Source: Dehalococcoidia bacterium
GTDB lineage: Bacteria > Chloroflexota > Dehalococcoidia > Plut-88900
Length of the DNA stretch: 64,000 bases
Direction of reading: 5' to 3'
Assembly (NCBI GenBank): GCA_965207225.1
Contig: CBDBLV010000005.1
Span: forward strand, 640,001 to 704,000
Part shown: positions 41,702 to 53,599 of the stretch, in pieces
Position numbering within the stretch: position 1 is the first letter of the stretch
Layout: every line of letters starts with the position of its first letter
Program-made: the position numbers and the translations under genes
Notes under the pieces: generated by a model
Seen by the model: only the letters and a program-made list of their open reading frames with translations
Database searches by the model: none
What the model was told of the DNA's origin: nothing

Positions 41702-42090
41702 TCTTTGTTACCTCCGTGGCCTGGGTCTCGGCGCCTGGTTATCTCCACCGCCGCGCCCTTGAGTTTCGCACCCTTTAGCGGCACATCCGGCTTGCCAACC
41801 TTCACCCTTATCTGCTCAACGGGGAAGTCTCTTAGCACCCGACCTGCAATTTCACCCGCCACCGCCTCGATGAGATCGCGGGAAGGCCCTTCTACAATTT
41901 CCTTGATTGAGCGGAAGACGTGGCTGTAATTAACGGTGTCTTCCAGGTCGTCCGTCTCCGAGGCCCTGCTCAGATCGGCAGTCATCTCAACATCGACTAT
42001 GAAGCGCTGTCCCTGGGTCTTCTCGCTCTCATTGACCCCGTGATAGGCATAGAACTCCATGCCTTCCAGCAGGATCTTGTCGCCCTGCAA
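41698..42090 (-). CDS. folB: dihydroneopterin aldolase
   Basis: FYAYHGV, GQRFIVD, DTVNY, LIEAVA. Confidence 0.95.
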   Translation of the reverse strand: MQGDKILLEGMEFYAYHGVNESEKTQGQRFIVDVEMTADLSRASETDDLEDTVNYSHVFRSIKEIVEGPSRDLIEAVAGEIAGRVLRDFPVEQIRVKVGKPDVPLKGAKLKGAAVEITRRRDPGHGGNKD

Positions 42091-42098
42091 CGGAGCCC

Positions 42099-42674
42099 CT
42101 ACGCCTTGGCCAGCCTTCCGTCCAGCCCAAGCTCCGAGGCCACGCCGTGCATCGCCTCGATGATCGTCGCTATATGATCGTCAAGCTCGACGCCTAGTTG
42201 CGCCGTCCCGTTCGTGATGTCTTCACGAATAACGCCGCGGGCGAAAGACTTGTCCTTCAGCTTCTTCTTCACCGACCTGACTTTCACATCACCTATGTTC
42301 TTGGTCGGCTGCACCAGCGCAACGGCGTTCACCAGGCCGACCAGCTCGTCGCACGCGAATATAGCCTTGTCCATGTTCGTCCTGCGCTCAAGACCCAGGT
42401 AGTCGGCGTGACACTGGATAGCGTAGATGACCTCTTCCGGGAATCCCCGCTCTCTCAGGATCCTGGAGCCTTCCATCGGGTGCTTGTCGACTGTCGGGTG
42501 TACCTCGTAGTCGAAGTCATGCAGAAGCCCGACAAGCCCATACACATCTTCATCCTCCCCATATTTGCGGGCGTAGGCCCGCATCGCCGCCTCCACTCCG
42601 AGCCCGTGCTTCCGCAGCTTCTCGCTCTTCGTGTACTCGTATAGGAGGTCTAGCGCCTCCTGTCTCGTTTTCAT
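42099..42674 (-). CDS. HD-domain protein
   Basis: LRKH, GLLHDFDYE, DEL, KDKSFARGV. Confidence 0.9.
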   Translation of the reverse strand: MKTRQEALDLLYEYTKSEKLRKHGLGVEAAMRAYARKYGEDEDVYGLVGLLHDFDYEVHPTVDKHPMEGSRILRERGFPEEVIYAIQCHADYLGLERRTNMDKAIFACDELVGLVNAVALVQPTKNIGDVKVRSVKKKLKDKSFARGVIREDITNGTAQLGVELDDHIATIIEAMHGVASELGLDGRLAKA

Positions 42675-42713
42675 AGGCTCACGCTTGAGAGCGACTGTTG
42701 GACTGCAGGCTGC

Positions 42714-43175
42714 CTAGAGCGCAGCAGCCTTCGCGGCAAGCGCTTTGACGTCGGGCAGACCGCCCTCATAAACCTCCGCCGCCTGCACCACTCCCTGCTT
42801 GTCTATCAGGAAGCACGCCCGCTTGCTAATCCCGTTCTCAGTCATGATCCCGTACAGATCGGCAACCGCGCCCTTGGGATGGAAGTCAGCCAGCAGCGGG
42901 AACCACAAGCCTCCTAGCGTCAGGTCGTACACCTTGTGCGCAAAGATGCTGTCTATGCTCAGCCCTAGCACCTGAGTGTTGGCGTCTTCAAAGGACTTCT
43001 TGGCCGCCCGAAGGGTAGCCAGTTCCGTGCTTCAGCCACCTGTGAAATCAAGTATGTAGAATGCCAGCAGTACGTTCTTTTCCCCTTTGTATTGGCTCAG
43101 GGTGACCTTACCTCCCTGAGTTGCCTGAAGGGTGAAGTCCGGGGCTTCCTGCCCGATCTGGACCTGCTCTGCCAT
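42714..43175 (-). CDS. peroxiredoxin (AhpC/AhpE-like), selenoprotein with Sec at codon 48 (153 aa)
   Basis: Two track ORFs join in frame over TGA 43032-43034: APDFTL..FYILDFTGG-U-STEL..VLGLSIDS..LLADFHPKG..RACFLIDK. Confidence 0.9.
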
Positions 43176-43354
43176 GAGTTTTCCTCCTAGAATTTTCGTC
43201 TGAGGCTGCTTCCCGCAGCCGTGCAATCATATCACAAAGCACTTAATTCAGCTTCAGACCCGACTGTACGTTTGAGGGCCGGGCTACCGGATGCTATCTT
43301 ATGACAGACTATCCCGCTAACCCGTTTACTAGCGTAAGAACTAAGACCGCTGTC

Positions 43355-43660
43355 ATGAATGCCCAGGTTGCAATCCAAAAGAAGAGACTCGCATCCCTTT
43401 GTCGTGCCAAAGGCATTAAGCGGTTGGCCGTATTCGGTTCTGCCCTCCGCCCCGACTTCTCACCTGAGAGCGACATCGACGTCTTGGTCGAATTCGAACG
43501 GGGCCGCACTCCCGGACTGCTGGGTATAAGTCGCCTGGAACGAGAGCTTTCACCCTTGTTTGGTCAACGAAAGATCGACCTGCGCACCCTCGAAGACCTG
43601 AGCATCTACTTCCGCCAAGAGGTAATGGAAGAGGCTGAAGTGCAGTATGGACAGGCTTGA
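43355..43660 (+). CDS. MntA-like minimal nucleotidyltransferase antitoxin
   Basis: FGSALRPDFSPESDIDVLV (GS-x10-DxD). Confidence 0.92.
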   Translation: MNAQVAIQKKRLASLCRAKGIKRLAVFGSALRPDFSPESDIDVLVEFERGRTPGLLGISRLERELSPLFGQRKIDLRTLEDLSIYFRQEVMEEAEVQYGQA

Positions 43661-43991
43661 TGCGGTTCGCCTCCGTCACATGCTGGACGCGGCGCGTGAG
43701 GCTCTGTCGTTCATAGAAGGGAAAAACCGATCTGAGCTCGACGCAAATCGGATACTGGTTCTGTCGCTGGTTAAAGAGGTTGAGATTATCGGTGAGGCGG
43801 CCTACAGAGTATCAGAATCCACCCGAAATGAGCTTCCTGCAATCCCTTGGGCCGATGTAATAGGCATGCGTCATCGACTCGTCCACGCCTACTTTGATAT
43901 CAATCTTGATGTATTGTGGCGTACGCTGGTGCAGGACATTCCCCTACTGATCCCAGCGATAGAGGGCACGCTGACTGGGAGCTCACATTGA
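43647..43991 (+). CDS. HepT-like HEPN RNase toxin (DUF86)
   Basis: EIIGEAA, IPW, MRHRLVHAYF (R-x4-H-x-Y); overlaps the MNT gene. Confidence 0.92.
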   Translation: MDRLDAVRLRHMLDAAREALSFIEGKNRSELDANRILVLSLVKEVEIIGEAAYRVSESTRNELPAIPWADVIGMRHRLVHAYFDINLDVLWRTLVQDIPLLIPAIEGTLTGSSH

Positions 43992-44028
43992 GTGAGGAGG
44001 TTGGGGCTACGTGGAAGCGTCTGCTCAG

Positions 44029-45174
44029 CTATCCCCGCTCATCCAGCGGCACGTACTCCAGGTCCATAGGGCCCGTGTACTCCGCCAGCGGCCGGATCAA
44101 TATGTTCTTCTCGTGCTGCTCCACCACCTGCAGCGTCCACCCCGGGATCCGACCCATCGCGAACAGCGGAATGAACAGGTCGTCCGGGATCCCGAGAAGG
44201 TGGTAGATCGAACCCGCGTAGAAGTCCACGTTCACGAACACGCCCCGCTTCCGATATGGCGCCATCGCCTCTTCCACCCTGGTCAGGATCTGATACCACT
44301 CCGGCTGTCCCATCTTCTGCCCCAGCGCCCGAGACCTCTCCCTCAGGTGACCCGCCCGTGGGTCCTCGGCCTTGTAAACCCGGTGCCCGAATCCCATGAT
44401 CCGACCGCCGTTTTTGATCGTGTCTCGCACGTATGTCTCTGCGTTGTCCGGAGACCCGATCGCCAGCGTCATAGTCTGCGCCGCCTCCGCCGCACCCCCA
44501 TGCGCTGGCCCCTTCAGCACAGCAATTCCCGTCACTACTGCCGAGTGCAGGTCCGAAATCGTGCTGGCACACACCCGAGCTGCAAACGCCGACGCATTCG
44601 TCCCATGTTCAGCGTGCAGGATAAAGTCCACGTCCAGTAGCTTGGCATCCTCTTCCGTTGGCTTCTCCCCGTGCAGCATGTGCAGGAAGCTCGCCGCATG
44701 ACCTAGGGTCGGGTCTGGAGTCACCGGCACCAACCCCTGCCTTATCCGGTGGTGCGCCGCAACTATTGTCGCTGCCTGAGACGTCAGCCGGATCCCCTTT
44801 CGGATGTTCGATTCCGACGAGTTGTCATCTACGTCAGGGTCAAAAGCCGACAGAGCTGACACCCCAGTCCGCATCACGTCCATCGGGTGGGCGTCCTTCG
44901 CCAGGTCGATTACCTGGTAGACCGCATCGGGTATCTGGCGGCTGCTCTTTAACGACTCGTCTATTTCGCTTAGCTGGCTGCGGGTGGGCAGGGACCCGTG
45001 TAGGAGCAGGTAGGTCGTCTCTTCAAATGTCGACTTTTCGGCCAGGTCGTGAATGTTATATCCACGATACAGGAGCTTGCCGACCTCACCATCTATGAAA
45101 GATGCCGCGGACCGTTCGAAATATATCCCCTTCAGGCCCCGATGTAGCTGGATCTCTTCTTTGGCCTCGGCCAT
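44029..45174 (-). CDS. citrate/2-methylcitrate synthase
   Basis: LLYRGY, HAEHGTNAS, GPAHGGA, MGFGHRVYK, NVDFY. Confidence 0.95.
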   Translation of the reverse strand: MAEAKEEIQLHRGLKGIYFERSAASFIDGEVGKLLYRGYNIHDLAEKSTFEETTYLLLHGSLPTRSQLSEIDESLKSSRQIPDAVYQVIDLAKDAHPMDVMRTGVSALSAFDPDVDDNSSESNIRKGIRLTSQAATIVAAHHRIRQGLVPVTPDPTLGHAASFLHMLHGEKPTEEDAKLLDVDFILHAEHGTNASAFAARVCASTISDLHSAVVTGIAVLKGPAHGGAAEAAQTMTLAIGSPDNAETYVRDTIKNGGRIMGFGHRVYKAEDPRAGHLRERSRALGQKMGQPEWYQILTRVEEAMAPYRKRGVFVNVDFYAGSIYHLLGIPDDLFIPLFAMGRIPGWTLQVVEQHEKNILIRPLAEYTGPMDLEYVPLDERG

Positions 45175-45507
45175 TACTGCTCCCTGAATGCCCTGCCTAT
45201 TTTTCAGGCAGCCCCGATGCCCTGGGCCTTTACCCCATCGCGCTGCCCGATTTGTCTGATGATTCTCTGGTTATGCGCCCCTAATTCTGCCCTTAAATCG
45301 TGTCCCGCGTCTCGTCGCTTTTTGGGAGTCTGGGGTGCGGGCGTAAAGCACAGGCGCCGAGTTGCGACTTTATCATCGCGCCTGCCTGAGTGTCAACAGC
45401 GTATCACGTTTTCCTGCCCTTGCTTCTCTTTTTCCGGCCCGCATTCCCTCCCCCCAAATGCTCTTGCGAATACCTCTTGGCTGCCCATGCCCTTGCTAGC
45501 CTCCAAG

Positions 45508-45537
45508 TTGACAAACTACCCCCCCTGATGTTAGGAT
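45508..45537 (+). promoter_or_regulatory. sigma70-like promoter for korAB
   Basis: TTGACA-18-TAGGAT with extended TG. Confidence 0.55.
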
Positions 45538-45699
45538 GCCCCGGCCCTTGGCTACTGGTCAGTGGGCAAACTTGTGTGTTGGCGGGCCCTTGTCCTACCG
45601 ACAATAAGCGCGCAATAAATGTGAAGAAGTGGATTACCTGCAAATGGCCCGATACCCGACTCCCCTATTGTTCGGGCCTCCTAGACAGGAGAGTGGCAA

Positions 45700-47415
45700 T
45701 TGGAGACTAGAGACTTTGTAGTCCGTTTCGCCGGTGAGGGTGGTCAGGGCGTGGTCACCGCGGCCGCAGCCCTCGCCCAGGCCGCAGCGCAGGTGGGCTA
45801 CCACGTCCTTACATTTTCGACCTTCCCTTCCCAGATTCGCGGTGGCCCGACCTGGACCCAGGTTCGTGTTGCCACTTCCCCCATCCTCAGCTCCGGCGAC
45901 GCCCTCAACGTCCTGGTTGCCTTCAACCAGGAAGCCTACGACACCCACCGCGAAGAAGTCCGTGACGACGGCGTTGTCATATATAACACCGGCGACTTCT
46001 CCCTCGAAGAAGATGACCAGAGTGTAGGCCTTCCGTTTGAAGAATTGGCCCGCTCTACCGGCAACCTCCGGGCCGCCAACTTCGTCGTCGTCGGAGCCCT
46101 CGCCCACCTCGTCGACATGCCCCACGAATATCTCGCCGAGTTCAACCGCAAGCGCTACACCCGCGGCCGCCCCAACGACGAGGAGATCATCGAATCCAAC
46201 AACAAGGCCCTCCTCCTCGGCAGGGAAGGCGCCGCCAAGAGCGGCTTCAGCCTCGGCACCCTTGCCCCGGCCACCAGGACCGAGGGTGAGCAAGTCCTCA
46301 TCAACGGCAACCAGGCCCTCTCCATGGGCGCCATCGCTGCCGGGCTGGACTGCTTCATCGGCTACCCCATCTCCCCCGCCACTTCCATCCTCGTTTTCAT
46401 GGAAAACAACCTAATCGGAGAGGGCAAGTTCGCCTACCAGGCCAGCTCGGAGATCGAATCAATCAACGCCATAGTCGGCGCAGGATATTCGGGTAAGAAG
46501 GCCATGACCTCCACCGCAGGCCCGGGCTTCAGCCTCATGAGCGAGGGTCTCGGCTTCGCCTGGATGGCTGAAATCCCTTGCGTGGTCGTCGATGTCCAGC
46601 GCGGTGGCCCCGCCACCGGACTTCCGACCAAGACCGAACAGTCAGACCTCCTCACCGCCATCCACCCCGCCCACGGTGACATGGAGCTCCCAGTCATTGC
46701 CCCAGGCGATGTGTCGGAATGCTTCGACGCTGCAGTAAAGGCCCTCAACTGGGCCGAGCGCTACCAGGGCCCCGTGGCCATCCTCAGCGAGCACAACCTT
46801 TCTGAGAGGGCCCAGAACATCCCCAGACCCGACATCGACTCCGTCAACGCCGAGACCCGCCAGGTCTACACCGGCGCCAACGGCTACCTCCGCTACGAGG
46901 CCGCCCACGTCTCCCCCATGCCCCTCCCCGGCGGCCCCGGCCCCTACGTCGCCAATGCCAGCGAGCACGACCCCTATGGTGACACCACCCACCGCCCCGA
47001 CCGCCACATCCACATGACCAACCGGAGGTTCAGCAAGCTGGACCTGCTCAAGGAAAACGAGTTCGAGGTGGAAAACGGTGACTGCCCCGTAGCCCTATTG
47101 CCCTGGGGCGGCTCCAAGGGCCCGGCGCTCGAGGCGTACCGACAGCTCGTTGCCAGTGGCGTCGACCTGGGCTGGTACTACACCATGAACATCAACCCCC
47201 TGCCCCCGGCCCTCCTGGAAGAGCTCAAGAAGAAAGAGTTGGTCATTGTCCCCGAACTCAACTACTTGGGCCAGTTCTCCATGATTCTCAGGTCAAAGGG
47301 CGTCAACGCCGAGTCCATTTCCCAGATCACTGGCCTCCCCTTTAAGGTGCGAGACCTCGTGCAGTGGATCGGCGACAGAGTCCGAGTACAGTCTGAAAGG
47401 ACAGTCAAGGTATGA
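45700..47415 (+). CDS. korA: 2-oxoacid:ferredoxin oxidoreductase alpha (gamma-alpha fusion)
   Basis: AGEGGQG, QIRGG, GYPISPAT, QRGGPATGLPTKTEQSD. Confidence 0.93.
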   Translation: METRDFVVRFAGEGGQGVVTAAAALAQAAAQVGYHVLTFSTFPSQIRGGPTWTQVRVATSPILSSGDALNVLVAFNQEAYDTHREEVRDDGVVIYNTGDFSLEEDDQSVGLPFEELARSTGNLRAANFVVVGALAHLVDMPHEYLAEFNRKRYTRGRPNDEEIIESNNKALLLGREGAAKSGFSLGTLAPATRTEGEQVLINGNQALSMGAIAAGLDCFIGYPISPATSILVFMENNLIGEGKFAYQASSEIESINAIVGAGYSGKKAMTSTAGPGFSLMSEGLGFAWMAEIPCVVVDVQRGGPATGLPTKTEQSDLLTAIHPAHGDMELPVIAPGDVSECFDAAVKALNWAERYQGPVAILSEHNLSERAQNIPRPDIDSVNAETRQVYTGANGYLRYEAAHVSPMPLPGGPGPYVANASEHDPYGDTTHRPDRHIHMTNRRFSKLDLLKENEFEVENGDCPVALLPWGGSKGPALEAYRQLVASGVDLGWYYTMNINPLPPALLEELKKKELVIVPELNYLGQFSMILRSKGVNAESISQITGLPFKVRDLVQWIGDRVRVQSERTVKV

Positions 47416-48311
47416 CCACCCTGAAGCAAGCCCCAAGGAAAGCCCCGAAGGTCAAGAACCCCGAGTACGACTTCAAGTGGTGCCCCGGCTGCGGTGACTT
47501 CGGAGTCCGGCGCGCTGTCGAAATGGCCATCCGCGAAAGGGCCCTCAGGGACGAAGCCCCCCTAACCGAGACCGTAATCGTTGCCGGCATTGGCTGCTCC
47601 GGCAACCTCGTCCACCTCGTCGAGGGCGAGCAGCCCTTCGGAATTCACGGTGTCCACGGCCGTACCCTCCCCCAGGCCTTCGGCATTAAGATGGGCCGCC
47701 CCGAGCTTAGCGTCCTCGTCGTTGCCGGAGACGGCGACTTCCTCAGCATCGGTGGCGAACACATCGTTCCTCAGGCCCAGCGCAACCTCGATGTCTGCGC
47801 GGTGATCATGGACAACGGCGTCTACGGCCTCACCAAGGGCCAGAGCTCCCCGACCACCGAATTCGGCGTAAAGACTTCCAGCACCCCCTACGGCAAGATC
47901 GAAGGCTCCGTCGACCCCTTGGACCTCTACCTCACCGCCGGCGTCTCCTTTATCGCTTCCGGATTCTCAGGCAAGCCCAAGGACTTGGCCAGCCTCATAG
48001 TGCAGGGCATGGATCACAAGGGTTTCTCCATCGTCCACATCCAGTCCCCTTGCACCGAGTACAACGACACCTACGAGCTTCTCAAGGGCAACGCCAAGCA
48101 AGGCATCAAGCCCGCCCTCTGGCCCCTCCCCGACGACTATGACTCCTCCGACAAGCGGTCCGCCTACGAGGCCATTCACGAACCCGGCATCCCCGTTGGC
48201 ATTCTCTACAAAGACCCCGATTCCGTACCCATGCAGGACCGCCAGGACGAGATCCGGGGCAAGGCCCGTCAGAGGCCCCTCTCAAAACTCCTCGACGGTT
48301 TCAGGGTCTAG
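47412..48311 (+). CDS. korB: 2-oxoacid:ferredoxin oxidoreductase beta
   Basis: WCPGCGDF, GIGCS, HGR, GDGD, YGLTKGQSSPT. Confidence 0.94.
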   Translation: MTTLKQAPRKAPKVKNPEYDFKWCPGCGDFGVRRAVEMAIRERALRDEAPLTETVIVAGIGCSGNLVHLVEGEQPFGIHGVHGRTLPQAFGIKMGRPELSVLVVAGDGDFLSIGGEHIVPQAQRNLDVCAVIMDNGVYGLTKGQSSPTTEFGVKTSSTPYGKIEGSVDPLDLYLTAGVSFIASGFSGKPKDLASLIVQGMDHKGFSIVHIQSPCTEYNDTYELLKGNAKQGIKPALWPLPDDYDSSDKRSAYEAIHEPGIPVGILYKDPDSVPMQDRQDEIRGKARQRPLSKLLDGFRV

Positions 48312-48337
48312 TAAGTCCCCCCAATATAGTTGAGCCT

Positions 48338-48371
48338 CTTTGGGCCGCTGATAAGCGGCCCAAAGTCTTTT
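48338..48371 (+). terminator. intrinsic terminator after korB
   Basis: CTTTGGGCCGCT-GATA-AGCGGCCCAAAG-TCTTTT. Confidence 0.7.
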
Positions 48372-48375
48372 CGTT

Positions 48376-49083
48376 ATGCTTGCCGAACATAGAGAAACCC
48401 GCACAACCGCGGACCTGCTCCAGGTCTACGACCTTGGCCTCGTCGACTATCAGACCGCTCTCGCCCTCCAGACCGACCTCCGTGACCGCCGTATAGCAGG
48501 CCAAATCCCCGATACCCTCCTCCTCCTCGAACACCCCCCCGTCATCACCCTCGGCCGCTCCGGCAACCTCGCTAACGTCCTTGTTTCAGAATCTGAGCTC
48601 TCTGCCCGGGGCATCCAGTTCATCCACTCCAACCGTGGCGGAGACGTCACCTACCACGGCCCGGGCCAGGTAGTCGGCTACGCCATCATGGACCTCGCCC
48701 GACACGGCACAGACCTGCGGAAGCACCTCTGGAAACTGGAAGAAGCCCTGATTTCTGCCCTTGCAAGCCTTGGCGTCACCGGGACCCGGCGAGACGGAGA
48801 AACCGGCGTCTGGGTCGCCCGGAACAAGATCGCCTCCATAGGCATTCACGTGAAACGCTGGGTAACCATGCACGGCTTCGCCCTCAACCTCGCCCCCGAC
48901 TTTGACCGCCTCTCCCTCATAAACCATTGCGGCATCACTGACGCCCCCATGACCTCCATACAAAATGTCCTCGCACGTCCTGTCCACCCACCCCGCGTCC
49001 GCCGCGCCCTCATAAACTCCTTTTCCCAAGTCTTTGACCTTACTCCAACTAACTCCCCAAATCCCTTGCCTCTTTCCCCGTAG
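48376..49083 (+). CDS. lipB: lipoyl(octanoyl) transferase
   Basis: EHPPVITLG, RGGDVTYHGPGQ, KIASIG, HGFALN. Confidence 0.95.
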   Translation: MLAEHRETRTTADLLQVYDLGLVDYQTALALQTDLRDRRIAGQIPDTLLLLEHPPVITLGRSGNLANVLVSESELSARGIQFIHSNRGGDVTYHGPGQVVGYAIMDLARHGTDLRKHLWKLEEALISALASLGVTGTRRDGETGVWVARNKIASIGIHVKRWVTMHGFALNLAPDFDRLSLINHCGITDAPMTSIQNVLARPVHPPRVRRALINSFSQVFDLTPTNSPNPLPLSP

Positions 49084-49203
49084 GGGTGGCCGACTGGTCC
49101 CCACACCCTCACTGTGACATCCACCCCTCCTCCCGCTCCCCTATCCGCATTCGTCCATTTTCCTCTTGCGCACTAAATCCTATGTAGTTAAAATCTCCGT
49201 CGG

Positions 49204-49230
49204 TTAGCACTCTAAACAGCAGAGTGCTAA
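49204..49230 (+). promoter_or_regulatory. CIRCE element (HrcA operator)
   Basis: Perfect TTAGCACTC-N9-GAGTGCTAA, after TTGCGC-17-TAAAAT (49166-49194). Confidence 0.97.
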
Positions 49231-49269
49231 AATTATGTGCAAACGGAGGATCCGAAAGGAGGACCCATA

Positions 49270-49563
49270 TTGGCAAGAACGTTTGAACCGCTGGGCGATG
49301 GAGTTCTGCTCAAGCCCATGGAAAAAGAAGAGGTCACGGCAAGCGGCCTCGTTCTCCCCGACACCGCTAAGGAGAAGCCCCAGGAGGGAGAGGTTATCGC
49401 CGTTGGCCCAGGCCGTCTCGGTGAAGACGGCAACCGGGTTGCCATGGAGGTGGCAAAAGGCGACGTAGTCCTCTACCGCAAGTACTCCGGCACCGAGATA
49501 AAGGAAGGTGACGACGAGTACCTGATCGTTAGGGAGTCCGACATCGTCGCCAAGATATCCTAG
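49270..49563 (+). CDS. groES: co-chaperonin GroES
   Basis: AAGGAGG RBS and TTG start; [18 protein letters not shown]. Confidence 0.97.
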   Translation: MARTFEPLGDGVLLKPMEKEEVTASGLVLPDTAKEKPQEGEVIAVGPGRLGEDGNRVAMEVAKGDVVLYRKYSGTEIKEGDDEYLIVRESDIVAKIS

Positions 49564-49608
49564 GCCCTTCTAACCAGAAGGCCAGGAACAGTTACGAAAG
49601 GAGCATAA

Positions 49609-51228
<1,620 letters not shown>

Positions 51229-51261
51229 TCCACAGGCACAGGGTCCCAAACCCGAATAGCA

Positions 51262-51300
51262 ATAATGGGCCGACGCCCAGGCGTCGGTCCATTATCTTTC
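51262..51300 (+). terminator. terminator after groEL
   Basis: ATAATGGGCCGACGCC-CA-GGCGTCGGTCCATTAT followed by a pyrimidine run. Confidence 0.75.
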
Positions 51301-51526
51301 TATTCTTAGTGGCCCGCCTGGCCTGTCGTATCTAGGAAAGGCATCGTTTTCCTGGCCTTCCACATTCCTTAATGTCATTCCGATGCCCTGCGAGGAATCT
51401 GGGGTGGAGGCCTTCCCTCTCCTGTAGCGGCGTCCCTCGTGGGCGCCTTCCCTGGGAAGTGGGGCCGCTCATCCTGAGCGAAGTCAAAGGGTCGAACGTG
51501 GTCGCCTACGCCTCGCTAACTCACCC

Positions 51527-52552
51527 CTACTTCAACCACGGCTTGATCAACAGCTTACCGAACTGCCGCCTCTCTTCCATCATCTGGTGCGCTTCCTTCG
51601 CACCCTCCAGCGGGTACACGCTGTCGATCGCCGGCCTTATCCTCCCCTGTGCAACCACCTTCAACAGCTGCGCCAGCTCATGCCGGGACCCGAGATACGA
51701 TCCGATTAACGTCAGCTGCTTTATGAACAGCTCCTGGATGTTGATCCGCCCATAAACACCCGTGTGCGCCCCGGACGTCACCAGCCGGCCGTTGAACGCC
51801 AAACACCCGATGCTCCCCTCCCACGTATCCGTCCCTATGTGCTCCACAACAATGTCCACCCCCCGCCCCTCCGTCAGCCCTATCACCATATCCTTGAAAT
51901 CATCTTTGGAGTAGTTGATCGTCTCGTCGGCACCTATCTGCCGGGCTCTCTCCAGCTTAATGTCCGACGATGCCGTCGCTATCACCCGTGCCCCGGCCAT
52001 CTTCGCTATCTGGATCGCCCCACTCCCTACCCCGCTGCCCGCTGCCTGGACCAGCACGTCCTCACCGCTCCGCACCTTCGCCCGCGTTATAAGCATGTGC
52101 CAGGCCGTGAGGTAAGCAAGCGCTACCGACGCTGCCTGGTCGTAGGACACTTCGGGTGGCAGCGTAATCAGGCTGGAAGCCGGTGCCGTCGTGAACTCCG
52201 CGTATCCGCCCGGGATGCTCGCTGCTTGGAGGCACATCCCCTCCTCACCTATCCGGCACGGCTCGCAGTTGCCGCATGGGAATCGTGGAATCACGGTCAC
52301 CCGGTCCCCGGGCTCGAAGTCCCTGACCAGTTCCCCAACCTCCACGATCTCACCCGCCACCTCACGGCCCGGTATCGCCGGCAACGGGATGTTCGCCCCA
52401 ATGATGCCCTGTCGCAGGTACAGGTCCACGTGGTTCACACCACACGCCCAGACCTTTATAAGCACATCCAGCGGGCCGATTTCCGGATTGGGCGCCTTGC
52501 GGACTTCCAGGACTTCAGGGCCGCCGTGTTCCTCTATCAGTACAGCTCTCAA
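51527..52552 (-). CDS. zinc-binding dehydrogenase/quinone oxidoreductase (MDR)
   Basis: GVNHVD, CGNCEPC..C, AAGSGVG, GKLLI. Confidence 0.92.
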   Translation of the reverse strand: MRAVLIEEHGGPEVLEVRKAPNPEIGPLDVLIKVWACGVNHVDLYLRQGIIGANIPLPAIPGREVAGEIVEVGELVRDFEPGDRVTVIPRFPCGNCEPCRIGEEGMCLQAASIPGGYAEFTTAPASSLITLPPEVSYDQAASVALAYLTAWHMLITRAKVRSGEDVLVQAAGSGVGSGAIQIAKMAGARVIATASSDIKLERARQIGADETINYSKDDFKDMVIGLTEGRGVDIVVEHIGTDTWEGSIGCLAFNGRLVTSGAHTGVYGRINIQELFIKQLTLIGSYLGSRHELAQLLKVVAQGRIRPAIDSVYPLEGAKEAHQMMEERRQFGKLLIKPWLK

Positions 52553-52627
52553 TCCGGCTTGCCCCTCTTTTTCCTATGTCTGGCTCCCCATAGGGAACAC
52601 GCTCGGACGGGTGGCCTCGAACTTGGG

Positions 52628-53599
52628 CTAGGCTACACCAAGCTCTGCTTTTACCAGGTCCACACCCCGTTTCACCGCTATCAGCTTGTCCTTCGCTTCC
52701 CCCACCGTCCTTGTCTTCAGGCCGCAATCGGGATCGACCAGGACCTTGTCGGGCGAGAACTGGGTCAGGATGCGGCGCAGCCCGTCTGCGACCTCTTCCG
52801 GCCCCTCTATCCTGTGGCTGTGTACATCCACCACTCCGGCGGACAGCATCTTTCTGAACGGGTGCGTGGCGAACACGTCCAGGAGCTGGTATCCAGCGTT
52901 CGCCATCTCAAGATCGAAGATGTCTACCGGCATGTCCAGCATCCGCGGGTAAATCTTCGCAAAGTCTCCGTAGCAAATATGCGTAATCGTCGTCGCCGAA
53001 AGCCCCTCTGTCACCACACCCATCGCCCGGATCGCCACGTCTATCTCCTCTGGCCTCGTGGATAGCGCCGGCTCGTCTATCTGGATGTACTTAGCCCCCG
53101 CGGCCTCCAGGTCCCGGGCCTCATCCCTCACGAACTCCGCCACGTTCATGATGAACGCTTCCCGGTTCGGGAAATACTCGTCGAATGACCAGTCGCAGAT
53201 CGTATACGGCCCCGTCAACATCCCCTTCACCGGCTTGTCCGTCAGGCTCTGCGCGTATTTCCAAGTGTCCAGCGTTACTGGTCGTTTCCTCCGTATCGGA
53301 CCCGTTGCAATCGGCTTGCGGTAGTACCGGTTTCCGTAGGACCGTACCAGCCCGCTGATTCCCATCCCCTCCAGGTTCTCCGCGAAGAACGTGACCATAT
53401 CCCCGCGGTCCATCTCCCCGTCCACCAGTATGTCAATCCCGATCTCCTCCTGCGCCTCAATCCACTCCCGGGTCGCCTGCAGCTCCAAGTCTCGCAGCTC
53501 CTGCCGGTCCATCTCCCCCCGCGACACCCGACCCCTCGCCTTCCTCAAATATGGCGGCTTGGGGAAGCTCCCCACCGAAGTAGTCAACAAAGGCCCCAT
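52628..53599 (-). CDS. cobalamin-independent methionine synthase, catalytic half
   Basis: GSFPKP, VDGEMDRGDMV, KGMLTGPYT, QIDEPA, HICYG, PDCGLKT. Confidence 0.92.
   Translation of the reverse strand: MGPLLTTSVGSFPKPPYLRKARGRVSRGEMDRQELRDLELQATREWIEAQEEIGIDILVDGEMDRGDMVTFFAENLEGMGISGLVRSYGNRYYRKPIATGPIRRKRPVTLDTWKYAQSLTDKPVKGMLTGPYTICDWSFDEYFPNREAFIMNVAEFVRDEARDLEAAGAKYIQIDEPALSTRPEEIDVAIRAMGVVTEGLSATTITHICYGDFAKIYPRMLDMPVDIFDLEMANAGYQLLDVFATHPFRKMLSAGVVDVHSHRIEGPEEVADGLRRILTQFSPDKVLVDPDCGLKTRTVGEAKDKLIAVKRGVDLVKAELGVA

Noticed and set aside
45700-49083. Functional link between lipB and korAB
   Set aside because: A terminator-like hairpin separates them, and ferredoxin oxidoreductases do not use lipoate.
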